Positions 12,121 through 28,471 of a stretch of 56,734 bases of DNA are shown one piece after another. This DNA comes from Macrostomum lignano (Eukaryota): NCBI GenBank assembly GCA_002269645.1, contig NIVC01001859.1:1-56734 (forward strand). The letters run 5' to 3'. The notes under the pieces were generated by a model, which searched no databases, was not told where the DNA came from, and was given only the letters and a program-made list of their open reading frames with translations. Within the stretch, counting starts at the first letter, position 1, and every line of letters begins with the position of its first letter. Both the position numbers and the translations under genes were made by a program.

Positions 12121-13757
12121 AACTGTAAATTACTTCTTTCTGAGCACGTGGCATGGTTCAATAATTATTAGGCTACTGGTGTTAAGTAATATACCATGGC
12201 ATATGTAGCTACTAATGCACAGCTACTCAAAAGAACGAAGCCTCAAACAAGCCGTCTAGTGCTAAGGACCTGCTAAAACGGTAAGTCGTAAGAGAAGCTA
12301 TGACTATAGGAGGTGAATCAAATGAGTCCCAGTTAGTGAGTAATTGCCCGAATACGTAGAGTTGATACTGCAGCTTTAGTTAGCTAGGCCTTAAGGACTA
12401 AATAGGCCAAAGCGGCGGCAATGCGGGGCTTTGAAAATGATCAGATCAGATAAGAGACTTGTGTAAAACTGGCGCTATTACTAAAACACAGGAAACCCGT
12501 TTGAAAGAAGAGATAACGATTAACAAACGAAACAACAGTACGGGATAGGGGATTCTACAGTCAGATAGAAATGAAATAACAGATCAAAACTTCAAAACGT
12601 GTGGCTGTGCGGCCTGTGCCAGCGTCGCTCCACTTTGGAATGGCACCATATCATAATGAATATGCATAATGCAATGCAAGTTGTCATACGAGTAGAAGAG
12701 GACTGGTGCTTTGCTTAAGACAAGTTTGGATTAAATGAAATGAAAGGCTTTTTTTGAAGTTCGAAAATAGAATACATTAATCATAAATAACGCATCGACT
12801 TAGTTTAATAGAAACCGGTTCGGGTTTATAGTTAAAGCAAGAGACAAATCTGGCGGCCAACTTTACATCGCACATAGATTCCTTCCTCACCCAACTGTAT
12901 GTACATTATGGATGAACAGTTTCCATGTACATTGATACTCAATGGACGCTATTGCAAGGCCGATACAGTGAGGGAGTGTTGATCACGTGACCAACTCCGC
13001 TAGCGCACACAAGTGGAACAAACTAAAACCAACACTTCCCTTCATTCTTCTACCAAGCGTAGTAAAGCCAAGCGGCCTCAGGAATGAATGTTGGATAATA
13101 AAACCCCCCAGGCCCCAAACGAACGGCAGTAGCAGCGGCAAGAAGATCTGTCGGGCTCGTCTGTTTGTTATACTCTGCATTCTCGAATGAATACGAGTAA
13201 AAGAATCCGACTGGCCTTCGAGGCTTGGTTTGGGTTTGTCAAATTCTTTTGTTAAAGCAAGCAACAACAGCCAACCACCCAGCCAGTCCTCATTCCTTAA
13301 CAGTTGCTGCCAGAATACAAGCGTAGTAAGCTTAAGTTTAAACCCTTCATAAGCAAGCAATTAGTCAAAACTGTCAAGGAAAAATTTGCTATTCGCCTAT
13401 TCCTTGCTTCTGGGGGTTTGGTTGGCTTTTTCAGTTTTTGCTGGACTTCTATTTGAAATAATACCAAATCATCTACCCAACCCCGGTCTTATTTGATCTT
13501 GAAATTTCATAAATTCCAGGAACACGCAAGGCGTAACAGCAAAATAACATCGACCAAACTTTTTGCCTAAGTCTTTACAGAATCTCTGGTACAGAATTAG
13601 GAACGTTCCTTCCTTCCTATGCACAAAAAACAACATAGCAGAACAGAAGTCAGTTTCAACTCTAATTCTAATTTTCCAATCTACCGTAACTTACAATTTT
13701 TTATAAGCCTAGCCTATTAAAACTGGACCTAGACAATAATCTCAGCTTCACACTTAC

Positions 13758-13843
13758 CGCGAACGGTTCTTCATCTCATGAGTCTCGGCGCCGCCGCAGC
13801 AGGCTTTTTTCTCGCCGACGATGATGGAACAACCATTCTCCAT
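13758..13843 (-). CDS. GLS: Glutaminase candidate first coding exon B (MENGCSIIVGEKKACCGGAETHEMKNRS(R))
   Basis: GC-rich ATG-initiated frame ending at a strong phase-2 donor CG|GTAAGT, compatible with the phase-2 acceptor at 11279. Confidence 0.65.
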
Positions 13844-15856
13844 CTTCTGCCTGTACACTCACTCCTATTTAGCTTTCCTATAAACTAACTATTGAAACTT
13901 AACTGTTGAACTTATTATCTACAGTTAACTAGCTAGCTGTAGCTGTCTTATCTCTCGCTTATCTTATCTACGCAATCAAATTAAACTAATGGATTAAATG
14001 ATCGCGAAGGATGTGTACTAACGTTTACCGTTTACCGTAAAAAAAGATTTAATTGATATTAATTGGTTTGGTTTATTTGCGAGTAAATGTAAACTTTACT
14101 GGCCTGTTTTCTAACCTAATGCGCTGAGCGTACAGCTTGTAAAGTATTTTGTGGCGCGGCAGTTTTTGTAGGCTTGTAGTTTAGGACAGAGAAGAGAAGA
14201 GAGGGGGGGGGGTAGAAATTCAGAGTTGGACTGGAGGGAACCCCCGATCGTACTGAGGCAGCTACCCCATGCTTTTTCTAGCCCCCCTTTCCTTCAAATG
14301 CGCCACTGGCAGCCAGATAAGCTCTCTGCCTTTTATTCTCTCCCTTTCCCATTGGGCATTTGGCGTTAACCTCCCTCTTGGCCTTCCCCAAGTTCCCCAT
14401 CTCTGATTGGAATAGGGCTTCACCAATATCCCTCTCTCAGTGGCTGAAGTCTAACAATCGGCTAAGGATTCCCCCCCCCCTGGAAATTCACGGATCTCCC
14501 AAGTCCCAAGCCAAACCTCAGCCTCAACCTGAGTTTCCTCCTAATGGATCAACCAACGTAAATGCGGTCACCCCGTGGTGTCAATCGCCTTCAAGCTCAT
14601 TGACCACTCTAATTACATGTACATGTACGCTCTGACTCCAAAAAGCTTACATTCCAAATATCATGTATGCCGTACGAGCGTATCTAGTGTCTACTCTCAA
14701 ATTAGGTACCTATACTCAGGGTACGTAACGAGACAGACCTCAAGAGTGTCGACTCAAAATGAACCTCCTCAAACGGGAGAACGAACTGTCTGAAACAGGC
14801 TTTTGGGGAGACGAAATGAGCGCGCCACACGAGATACGAGCTATCAAAAGCTAATCACCGTCTCAAAGCACGCTCTCTAGAGACCATGGCGATTATGAGA
14901 GGGCTTCTTAAGTACGCATATACGGTGTCCGTTAACATAGCTACCTTTAGTTGAGTGAAGCAAAATTCGGTCATGCATTGCCGATTAATTCCAATCAGTC
15001 CCTGCCTGAAGTTTCCTAAGTGCCATGTTGATATCCTCTGTAATATTACATTTTTTTCGATTTCATCAGCTTGTCAAATTTTGCCAATTGAAATTGACTT
15101 ACATGTAAAATGTTCACATGCGAGGAAAATCAGTTATACTATCCTATTAGGCTAGAAATGAAGGTGTCAAAGATGCAGTTCGTGTAAGCTTTCCTATATA
15201 GAACAGGCTTGATTTATTGTACTAAGAAACAGCAACTTTTATTCTTGGGATTATTGTCGTGAGTATGATTTGGGATAATTTTTTCAGATAAAGACGCAGG
15301 CTACAAAGACGCAGGCTATACAAAGACACAGCCTTCGAAGAAAAATTCTAAACAGTATGAGATGCTGTTCATTTCTCGTTTACTATGATCCGTCACACTG
15401 CGACTAATGAATACCATTTATTGCCAGTATCTCTCGCTCAAGACTATTGATACAATAAATCCATTAATTTTATTGGCTTAAGCATCCGGTGTCCTAATAT
15501 TGACCGGTCCAATCCATAGTGAATCAGCATAATTGCTTTATGAAAAGCCTTTAGCAATTGGTGCCAGACAGCAAATCTGTTAATCAATAATGGATTCGTG
15601 ACGAGAGTTCGCCCGAACTCAATGGGATGGATCGATGTGCGTGGGGGTGCTCGAAAAAAGTGTCTTTGATGGATGGGAATAGAGAAAATCGGTTAGCATC
15701 TGCTGTTCGGTGTAAAAAATGGGCGTCGTATTTACTGCGTCAGAGAAGCGAAAAAATGGTGCTATAGCATAAACATCAGCGTTACGCCGAAAGAAAATGG
15801 TTTTTTGGTGCCATTTTAGCACGATCAGACGTTATAGTATACAAAAAAGCGCACGA

Positions 15857-16158
15857 GTGACCTAGATGGTATATTGAGTAGCGGAGCTCAATCAAAGTGA
15901 CCTAGATGGCATTGGGGAGTAGCGGAGCTCTATCAAAGTGACCTAGATGGCATTGGGGAGTAGCGGAGCTCAATCAAAAGTGACCGAGAGGGCATTGAGT
16001 AGCGGAGCTCAATCATAAGTGACCTAGATGGCATTGAGTAGCGGAGCTCAATCAAAGTGACTGAGAGTAGCGGCAATCAAAGTGACCAAGAGGGTATTGA
16101 GTAGCGGAGCTCAATCAAAGTGACCTAGAGGGCATTGAGTAGCGGAGCTCAATCAAAG
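15857..16158. repeat. 38-bp minisatellite (AGTGACCTAGATGGCATTGAGTAGCGGAGCTCAATCAA), about 8 copies
   Basis: Seen directly. Confidence 0.9.
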
Positions 16159-16630
16159 GACTGAGCACTATAGGTAGAGAAATAGACCCTTTTTCTAAAT
16201 CCTTCTGTTTGTGTCAATTAGATAAAAAAACTCGAATTCTGAACTATAGGAAGATGTATATTTACGAGTACTACGAGTACTACGTAGTATACTATTATAT
16301 TAGTATGTATTTGAATAGTTGCGAAATTCCGAACCAAATTCACAGGCATATTCACCCGATTGCGACGATGCAAAAAGCCAGAATTCATATCGAGCCAAGG
16401 CTCTATTAGAGGGAATTAAAGTTTAATAAATGTTGGAAACTTTAAACACAGATCTAAAGCAGAATAGTAGTAAGTATGAGCGCAATAGCTTCTTGAAACA
16501 ACACAGATTTCCAGAACATATTTTGCATTTCTCCTGTACTTTTGTGCAACGCAGTGCTTCATTTCAGCTCCCACAAAACGTTGACAATAGAATGTAAAAA
16601 AGTGCATTTCACCTCACTCAACTAGCTCAC

Positions 16631-16707
16631 GGCAATCTCTTCCACAGTTCCTCCACCACGCCATTTCCTTTCCTGTAGCGCACGTACATGTGCTTCAGGT
16701 TGTACAT
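16631..16707 (-). CDS. GLS: Glutaminase candidate alternative first coding exon A (MYNLKHMYVRYRKGNGVVEELWKRL(P))
   Basis: ATG-initiated coding-like frame with phase-2 donor CC|GTGAGC and an upstream CTGCAG acceptor 2 nt before the ATG; the phase fits exon 11279. Confidence 0.5.
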
Positions 16708-17389
16708 TTCTGCAGTGTACTATTTACTCATTCATTCGCGTATAACTACCACCGTGTTAAATAGAACAGAATTAAAAAATTTAGAACATTTCAACAAAAT
16801 ACTTTTTTAAGAGATGGAAACGTGGAGATAGTAAAAGGCGAAAAGGGGTAAAATGACATGGGCCAGGGCATATTCGATTTCAAAGCAAAACCCAAAGGGG
16901 CACAACCAGAAACCAACTGCCTGCCGTATTTTGACTTATCGAAGATTTTTTGATCCAACAAAAATTCTGTTTGAAGTGAAAATGTCACTGTCTATCGCTT
17001 CGTCTCTAACCTCTCTCCGTTCCAGTCCTTTGCTGTGCTAAACCCTTTCCTTTAATCTTCCGAAGGAATCTTTGAATAAGATTATTCTACCGGGCTGGTT
17101 GTTTGTATTCGCCTTCATACCCTTCTGCTGCAATGTTTTGACACGGACTTCTTAAGGAATTCTGTTTTGTGGCCGCAGGCTTGGGATAGGGCAAGGATTG
17201 ATTGATTCTTTTGAAGTCGGTGGATCAAGTTCTTCATCGACTGGTACCTGGACTTTTGTTATTAAAGGGTGCTGGGAATCTACGAGCTATAAAGCAACTG
17301 AATGCACTAGAGCGACAAAAGACAGGTGCCTGAAGAACTGAGTGGAGGGAGAGACATGGGTTACTGGGGAAGACACAGGGGTGCTATGG

Positions 17390-18056
17390 AAGGGATAGGG
17401 GTGCTGGGGAAGGGACAGGAGTGCTGGGAAAAGGACAGGGTGCTGGGAATGGGACATGGATGCTAGGGAATGGACAGGGTGCTTGGGAAGGGACAGGGGT
17501 GCTTGGGAATGGACAGGGTGCTTGGGAAGGGACAGAGTGCTGGGAAAGGGACAGAATGCTGGGGAAGGGACAGAGTGATGGGGAATGGACAGGAGTGCTG
17601 GGGAAGGACAGAGTGCTGAGGAAGGGACAGAGTGCTGGGGAAGGGACAGAGTGCTGGGGAAGGACAGGAGTGCTGGGGAAGGGACAGAGTGCTGGGGAAG
17701 GAACAGAGTGCTGGGAATGGACAGGAGTGCTGGGGAATGGACAGGAGTGCTGGGGAATGGACAGGAGTGCTGGTAAAAGGACAGGGTGCTGGGAATGGAC
17801 AGAGTGCTGGGAAAGGGACAGAGTGATGGGGAATGGACAGGAGTACTGGGGAAAGACAGAGTGCTGGGGAAGGGACAGGGGTGCTGGGGAAGAGACAGGA
17901 GTGCTGGGGAAGGGACAGGAGTGCTGGGGAAGGACAGAGTGCTGGGGAAGGACAGTGCTGGGGAAGGACAGAGTGCTGGGGAAGAGACAGAGTGCTGGGG
18001 AAGAGACAGAGTGCTGGGGAAGAGACAGAGTGCTGGGGAAGGAACAGGGGTGCTTG
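17390..18056. repeat. G-rich minisatellite of about 19-21 bp (GGACAGAGTGCTGGGGAAG variants)
   Basis: Seen directly; accounts for ORFs 17384-18161. Confidence 0.92.
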
Positions 18057-18913
18057 GGGATTGGATGTTGTTTAATTCTTTTCACTATTTATCAGCAAAG
18101 ATATGTGATCCGATGTGAACCACTGGCAGTTAGTTGCCCTAAAGATTTCCGCTTAGGATGAAACGCGTTAACAAACGATTTTGAAATAAGCAAGAATACT
18201 GCATGTTTTTAACTTTCCGGTGCCGTGCCGGTGTGCTATTGCAATAGAAGGTTTTCACAGTTCTCCCAGAGGGTAAAGTTGATTATTTGAGACCCCTCGG
18301 CCTTCAGTGAATTGAAGCGAACGATATATACGAATAAAAAAGAAATTAAAATCCTACATAAATGCACAAACTTACTTACTTTGGCTTGCGAGAACTAGTT
18401 GCCGCAGTCATCGCTTCGAGTTGACACTGTATGCAATCAGCATGAATTGCACTTAGTAATAGCAAAGAACAGTTTTATTGAACAGAAAATACACTTTAAA
18501 TACAGAGAGACGGTTATAAAGACCAGCAATGCTTGTCTTCTCTTGTTGCAGTCGCCTTAAAGACGCAGGGACGGTGGTCGGTGGTGGAGAGAGCCGGCAC
18601 ACAGGAGGGCTATTGTTCTCTCCAAGCCGATCTGCACAGAGCACTGCACCATTTAGCCTGTGCGTGCGCTGTGCACTAAACCCAAAACTCAGGTGATCAT
18701 GGCCAGCTATCCAGCTGACGCGAAAACGAAGCGATGCGAAAGCATTTTTTGACCGCTGCAAGGCGGAGTGTTTTGTAGCCTAAAAAAAGGTTTACGCCTG
18801 CAGGTAGAAAACTGTTTCATCAGCAGCTGCGTGGTCTGACCCTTTGTGAGCCTGTTTGAGAAGACAGCTCTCTAGCATCTTATCATTCTGGTCGCTGGCA
18901 ACCCTAAGCAAAC

Positions 18914-19230
18914 GACTGCTTCACTGAAGGATCTCAAAATAACTTCAACACTGCATGTTACGGCTAATGTATTGCGGAGGAGAACTGTGACCCATCAGCT
19001 CCTGCGCCGAGTCTGGGGGGGGGGGGGGTGGGGCGGGAAGAAGATCATCCTCCACTGAAACGGTCAAACGGCGATCCACCTCTATCGTACCTGCTCCTGT
19101 ACAGTCCTTGATTGCATCGCACAGATCAACTGCTTCCCAGGCACTCGGGCCAACCCCATGGCAACGAGATGGCCGATCGCCTGGCCAAGGCTGGCTCGGT
19201 AGGGTCCTTCACTGGCCCCCATCCCTACCG
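18914..19230 (+). mobile_element. Decayed RNase H fragment of a non-LTR retrotransposon (LOA/I-group-like)
   Basis: CFTEGS (YTDGS-like) at 18914, then HSGQPHGNEMADRLAKAGSVGSFTGP(H)P resembling WxPGHxGxxGNExADxLAKxG...GPEP; frameshifts and stops present. Confidence 0.6.
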
Positions 19231-20529
19231 TTGTTGTCACCACTTGGATCAACCAGGGGGTGGCATCCAAGAACAGGGAGAAGTGAACTGCCGAACTCCC
19301 GCGCTGCCGTCTCCTATCTTTTCCTCAAATCCCGGGTCACTTCCTCAAATGGAAACTCCGTTAAAAGTCTTGGCCTTATATATTAGGATTTTTCACCACG
19401 AATGTCTGTGGCGATAAGTCATTTCGTCAAGGGTTGGCCTTTTAATGCTTGGTTTTTAAGGGTGCTCAACAAAAATTGACAATAAATTGTTGAATTCCGA
19501 TCTGAACCAATTTAGCGCTAATATGGGTGAATGCTGGTGGTTTAAAACGATCTTCTACTGAAATCTGTTGTACCAATGTTACCTTGGCAGTTAAGTTACC
19601 TTGGCATTGGATTAGAATCAACCACAGGGCCATCAGGGCGATAACCCGGTAACTATATGGCTCTCTCAGTTAATTACTGTTTTGCTAGGCACCGCTATCT
19701 CCAGGGAACATCCCCTAGTGAAGGTTGAGAATGCTGAGGCGACGTCTCCCGCTGCAACCGGATGCCCGAATCCACCAGCAGCTAAGTCAAGTAAGACATC
19801 TTAGGAGATGAAAAGCAATGACAATTTGTCGAATGATACCCTACAGGAATTGGCTTGCCTGCATTTCTCAATCTCTCCTCAATAAGATTTCTCAATTCAC
19901 TCTCTCACTCTCTTCCCCCCAATGTCCTGTCAACGTAGCTTGGATTAATAATTGACTAAATTAAACCGCTTTGCCAACCAAACTAGCGTGCGATGGACCA
20001 CCTGTTTCCTAGAAAATCTCCGTTAGCACGAAGTTTGCAGCTATCAGCGAACAGCAACAAGGAATGAGCAACAAAAGATAAGCCTCAAAAAGTCTGAGAC
20101 GCCTACGAGTAACTCACTTTTTATGCTTCTCTTGCGGCATCTTGAAAATTCCTATAGTTTTTTTCTGTGTGAGATTGAGTTGCCACTGGAAGTCTTGGAA
20201 CTGGTAAATTTATTTTAGATTCCTGGACAAAAATGTTTTTCTGGCTGTCTGCAAGGACCAAATCTGCGACCCCTCTTATTTCCCTATCTGGTCCAGTTTG
20301 GGTCCAAAGCCAAATGAGAGATTTTTATTTACTGTTCTTTGATGCCGAATGACTGACAGTTGACCGAAGGCACTGCCTGTCACCGGAATGCCAGCGAGAG
20401 CGTCTTATGGGGAGCTGAGGGGACACGCACCGATATGTCAATCTGCTTCGCGGCGGCTTACAACTTATCCCCTAAAAAGTTGAGGCCAACGGCGAATCCT
20501 CTCGGTCACGCCATAGAGCAAATACAGTG

Positions 20530-22866
<2,337 letters not shown>

Positions 22867-23529
22867 ATCTCGCAAGTATCTTTCCGGTTATCAATTCACG
22901 CAATAGACAAGAGAGTCTCACTTCTTGTTGACGAAGGAATTCTGATGCACCACTGATTTATGTTTGGAGAAAGATTGAGTGGCCTTGATCATGATAACCA
23001 GCACCTTCAATAGCATCTCAGTACCAGCGGTCGGGTCGCCAAAGTCGCTTGGTGACACAGTCGGCTGGAGTTCTAAACGTTATCTAGTTTAGTTTTTGTC
23101 TGAAAATTTTGTCGTTAAAATCAAAATTTAGACCTATGAGACGGCTGTCAGGTTGCATGAGAGTTATTAAGATTGATACTTAAAATTAAAAATTTTACCT
23201 TGTCAGGTGCTAAAGCAATGAATCAAAAAAAGCAGTTTGAAGACGCGAAAGAACTTTCAATGTTGATTGGGACTTCAGCTTCTCAGGAAGGATTGCAAGC
23301 TCAAAAGCTTTTATAGCTAATCGAGCAGCTGATGGTTAAATCGAGTTTTAAGTTGCTGAATCATTTTATATTAATTTATTAAGAGCCGATGAGGAAAATC
23401 CATATTTCGGAGGTCAAGTAGACGCAGCTAACAAGGAATTACTGGTCTGGTTGAAAGCAATTTCAAGTTCGCAAGAGCATCTTGTTTTCAAAGATCTGCA
23501 TAGGAAATTTCATAAACCCCAGAATTGCA

Positions 23530-23890
23530 GGTCAAAATCGTCCTATAAAGTTACGTCTCAACGTCATGTCTGCCTTGCTGCTCTTACCATCCAAGTAGAG
23601 CCAGGTCTCATCCTCAACAAGCAGGCAGTTTAGGATGTCATTCAAGCCCCGGCGGCTTGGCGCAGTTCTCACGGGCCTGACGTTGATCCGTAGTGAGTAG
23701 TGGGCCATCCAGACCGAGCAGACGTTTCGGAGATGGAGATCCCCCGTCAAGATGCGATAGGACTGTCTCCCCTGACCGCTGATGACATCGATGTTCTCTG
23801 TTGTCCTGGTTTGTTATGGTCGGCCAGATCTGTCGGCACCAGAAACCAGAATCAGTAAAGTCCTGACTTACTTCTTGATCCATTCCGCTA
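23530..23890 (-). mobile_element. Degenerate mariner transposase fragment
   Basis: EWIKK..DRSGRP..TTENID..ILTGDLHLRNVCSVW..H..EDETWLY matches the mariner HTH, WVPH-like linker and first catalytic D; stops and internal deletion. Confidence 0.75.
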
Positions 23891-23959
23891 ACCCCTCGCG
23901 ACCAAAAACTTCCGTCGACGGTTCAGGCGGGACCCGTCGGTCTCAGCCCGTCCCGTGTC

Positions 23960-24330
23960 CCTGAGGTACCGGGCGAGCAGCGGGATGCTCTCGGGCCTGC
24001 AAACGTCGGAAAGAACCGGGTTTGGCCCGAGGTGAGTGAGCCTGGCCCTGGTGAAGACCGGGGGACAGTGGCAGATAAAGTGCATGCTCAGCGTTGTCAC
24101 TGCCTGAGCGGCAGAAGGGGCACCGTTCCTCGGGTACCTGGCCCTGAAGGAAGCGGTGGCGAGAGAAGCAGCCATGTCCGGAGAAGAGAGGGCCATGCTG
24201 ACTGCTGTAAGGTCCCTGCGGTTACGCAGGATTATTAAAGTCCTGAAATGAAATCGCCTGTAAATTATCCTGCTATTTGAGTTATAGTTGGCTGGCAGTG
24301 TGGTCCGGAGATCCTCCTCGAACTGGATGT
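23960..24330 (-). mobile_element. 3-prime ORF2 fragment of a non-LTR retrotransposon with CCHC-type motif
   Basis: With frameshifts reads ..LSGHGCFSRH..CPFC..DNAEH.FICHCP.F.R.R...LG.....L.RYLRDTGR, the typical C-terminus of RNase H-bearing LINEs. Confidence 0.65.
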
Positions 24331-24588
24331 GCGTCTTGTCGTTATTCATGGTGATTTTTTCTCGCTGCTCAGACGATTTTTCATTGCGTTATGCTTGCTT
24401 GTTGCGTTAAACACGTATGTTTTTAAGGCTTATTATTGCGATCGTACCTTGTTGTTGATGTCCACGGACAGCTGCAAACTTTGTGTTAAGGGAGATTTTC
24501 AAGGTTCAAATTAGTTTCCTACGAGTAGTTTGTTCTGTCACTGTTTTCTTAGATTTAAAGCACTCCGCTCACAATCTTATCGAGAGCA

Positions 24589-25385
24589 ACAATATCCCAT
24601 CTACAGCACCAATATCCCATCTACAGAACCAATATCCCATCTACAGCACCAATATCCCATCTACAGCAACATTATCCCATCTACAGCACCAATATCCCAT
24701 TTACAGCACCAATATCCCATCTACAGCACCCGTATCCCATCTACAGCACCAATATCCCATCTACAGCACCAGTATCTCATCTACAGCACCAATATCCCAT
24801 CTACAGCACCAATATCCCATCTACAGCACCAATATCCCATCTACAGCACCAATATCCCATCTACAGCACCAGTATCTCATCTACAGCACCAATATCCCAT
24901 CTACAGCACCAGTATCTCATCTACAGCACCAATATCCCATCTACAGCACCAATATCCCATCTACAGCACCAGTATCTCATCTACAGCACCAATATCCCAT
25001 CTACAGCACCAATATCCCATCTACAGCACCAATATCCCATCTACAGCACCAGTAACTCATCTACAGCACCAATATCCCATCTACAGCACCAATATCCCAT
25101 CTACAGCACCAATATCCCACCTACAGCACCAATATCCCATCTACAGCACCAGTATCTCATCTACAGCACCAATATCCCATCTACAGCACCAGTATCTCAT
25201 CTACAGCACCAATATCCCATCTACAGCACCAATATCTCATCTACAGCACCAATATCCCATCTACAGCACCAATATCCCACCTACAGCACCAATATCACAT
25301 CTACAGCACCAAATCCCATTCTACAGTACCTATATCCTCAATTACAGCACCAATATCCCCAACTACAGTACCAAAATCCCCATCT
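24589..25385. repeat. 20-bp minisatellite (AATATCCCATCTACAGCACC), about 40 copies
   Basis: Seen directly. Confidence 0.96.
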
Positions 25386-25410
25386 AGAGTACCAGTATCC
25401 TATGTGCACC

Positions 25411-25457
25411 CAAGGACTACTTAACAACACAGGACGTTGTGTGTTAAGTAGTCCTTG
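25411..25457. mobile_element. 47-bp miniature hAT-like element
   Basis: 16-bp perfect TIR CAAGGACTACTTAACA/TGTTAAGTAGTCCTTG, flanked by the 8-bp direct repeat TGTGCACC (25403-25410 and 25458-25465). Confidence 0.65.
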
Positions 25458-25941
25458 TGTGCACCACCATGAATATCTTCATCTTGCATATATCTACACG
25501 ATCCTACAGCTTATTTTATCTAAAGCATCTTATCAAAATATAATAACTTTGTATTTTTACTATCGGTAGTGGACTACACATTTGTAAAGTATCTTTTTCC
25601 GATTTTAGAAACAGAATGCAATTCAACCTTTGTAATACGTGAATTCAAATCTCACGCAATTCAAAATATTCTAAAATATGACTTATTCACCCTGCATGCT
25701 TTGCTGCTCAATGAGATGTCAAAGCTCTGCGTCAATTTTTAAAAATTTCTATTCGAGATTTATCTCGCTTTTTGAGCATAAGTGAAACTCTTGAAGCAAT
25801 AATTAGTTTTGAAACTCAGAAAAACATTGGAAAAGTTTATTTATACTTTTTTATCGAAAATGGGAAAAAATTTATGGGCAAAGAAGTGTAAATAAGTATA
25901 ACTTGGATGAGACTTACGGAAATTCCACTAAGACAATGAGT

Positions 25942-28290
25942 CAGACACTGAGACACTGAGACAGACACTGAGACACTGAGACAGACACTAAGACACTGAG
26001 ACAGACACTGAGACACTGAGACAGACACTGAGACACTGAGACAGACACTAAGACACTGAGGCAGACACTGAGACACTGAGACAGACACTGAGACACTGAG
26101 ACAGACACTAAGACACTGAGACAGACACTGAGACACTGAGACAGACACTGGGACACTGAGACAGACGCTGGGACACTGAGACAGACACTGAGACACTGAG
26201 ACAGACACTGGGACACTGAGACAGACAATGAGACACTGAGACAGACACTGAGACACTGAGACACTGAGACAGACACTGAGACACTGAGACAGACACTGGG
26301 ACACTGAGACAGACACTGAGACACTGAGACAGACAATGAGACACTGAGACAGACACTGAGACACTGAGACAGACACTGGGACACTGAGACAGACGCTGAG
26401 ACACTGAGACAGACACTGGGACACTGAGACAGACAATGAGACACTGAGACAGACACTGAGACACTGAGACACTGAGACAGACACTGGGACACTGGGACAC
26501 TGAGACAGACGCTGAGACACTGAGGCAGACACTGGGACACTGAGACAGACACTGAGACACTGAGACAGACACTGGGACACTGAGACAGACGCTGAGACAC
26601 TGAGACAGACACTGGGACACTGAGACAGACACTGAGACACTGAGACAGACACTGGGACACTGAGACAGACAATGAGACACTGAGACAGACACTGAGACAC
26701 TGAGACAGACCCTAAGACACTGAGACAGACACTGAGACACTGAGACAGACACTGAGACACTGAGACAGACACTAAGACACTGAGGCAGACACTGAGACAC
26801 TGAGACAGACACTGAGACACTGAGACAGACACTAAGACACTGAGACAGACACTGAGACACTGAGACAGACACTGGGACACTGAGACAGACGCTGGGACAC
26901 TGAGACAGACACTCAGACACTGAGACAGACACTGAGACACTGAGACAGACAATGAGACACTGAGACAGACACTGAGACACTGAGACACTGAGACAGACAC
27001 TGAGACACTGAGACAGACACTGGGACACTGAGACAGACGCTGAGACACTGAGACAGACACTGGGACACTGAGACAGACAATGAGACACTGAGACAGACAC
27101 TGAGACACTGAGACACTGAGACAGACACTGGGACACTGGGACACTGAGACAGACGCTGAGACACTGAGGCAGACACTGGGACACTGAGACAGACACTGAG
27201 ACACTGAGACAGACACTGGGACACTGAGACAGACGCTGAGACACTGAGACAGACACTGGGACACTGAGACAGACACTGAGACACTGAGACAGACACTGGG
27301 ACACTGAGACAGACAATGAGACACTGAGACAGACACTGAGACACTGAGACACTGAGACAGACACTGGGACACTGGGACACTGAGACAGACGCTGAGACAC
27401 TGAGGCAGACACTGGGACACTGAGACAGACACTGAGACACTGAGACAGACACTGGGACACTGAGACAGACGCTGAGACACTGAGGCAGACACTGGGACAC
27501 TGAGACAGACACTGAGACACTGAGGCAGACACTGGGACACTGAGACAGACACTGAGACACTGAGACAGACACTGAGACACTGAGACAGACACTGGGACAC
27601 TGAGACAGACGCTGAGACACTGAGACAGACACTGGGACACTCATACAGACACTAAAACATTGAGACAGACACTGGGACAGACACTGAGACACTGAGACAG
27701 ACACTAAGACACTGAGACAGACACTGGGACACTGAGACAGACGCTGAGACACTGAGACAGACACTGGGACACTCAGACAGACGCTGAGACACTGAGACAG
27801 ACACTTGGACACTCAGACAGACGCTGATACACTGAGACAGACACTGGGACACTCATACAGACACTAAAACATTGAGACAGACACTGGGACAGACACTGAG
27901 ACACTGAGACAGACACTAAGACAGACAGACACTAAGACACTGAGACAGACACTGAGACACTCAGACAGACACTGAGACACTGAGACAGACACTGAGACAC
28001 TTAGACAGACACTGGGACACTGAGACAGACACTGAGACACTTAGACAGACACTGGGACACTGAGACAGACACTGGGACACTCAGACAGACACTAAAACAC
28101 TGAGACAGACACTGGGACAGACACTAAGACACTGAGACAGACACTGGGACAGACACTGAGACACTGAGACAGACACTGGGACAGACACTGAGACACTGAG
28201 ACAGACACTAAGACACTGAGAGACAGACACTGAGACACTGAGACAGACACTGAGACAGACACTAAGACAGACAGCAGGCAGGCAGGCAGG
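25942..28290. repeat. GACA-derived satellite (GACACTGA and GACAGACACTGA subunits, often 20-bp), about 2.3 kb
   Basis: Seen directly; accounts for the SQCLSV-type ORFs. Confidence 0.97.
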
Positions 28291-28471
28291 TGAATAAAAC
28301 TAAGCGCGCATACATAAAATTATTATACTTGTAATGCATAACTTAATATTCAGCAGGAGTATTTATATCTGGCAGTCTCGCTATGCAATATACGCTCGCA
28401 CTAATAAAGCGCATAATTGGCTGCAAATTTGACGCCAGCTGTCAATCAGCCGAGAGTTATCAAGCGGTCGG

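Noticed and set aside
12983-13360. 125-aa minus-strand ORF in the first glutaminase intron
   Set aside because: No recognisable motif and no phase-compatible donor to join the gene
19705-19790. Plus-strand segment with AG/GT boundaries encoding EHPLVKVENAEATSPAATGCPNPPAAKS
   Set aside because: No neighbouring exons or recognisable homology; probably chance or TE-derived
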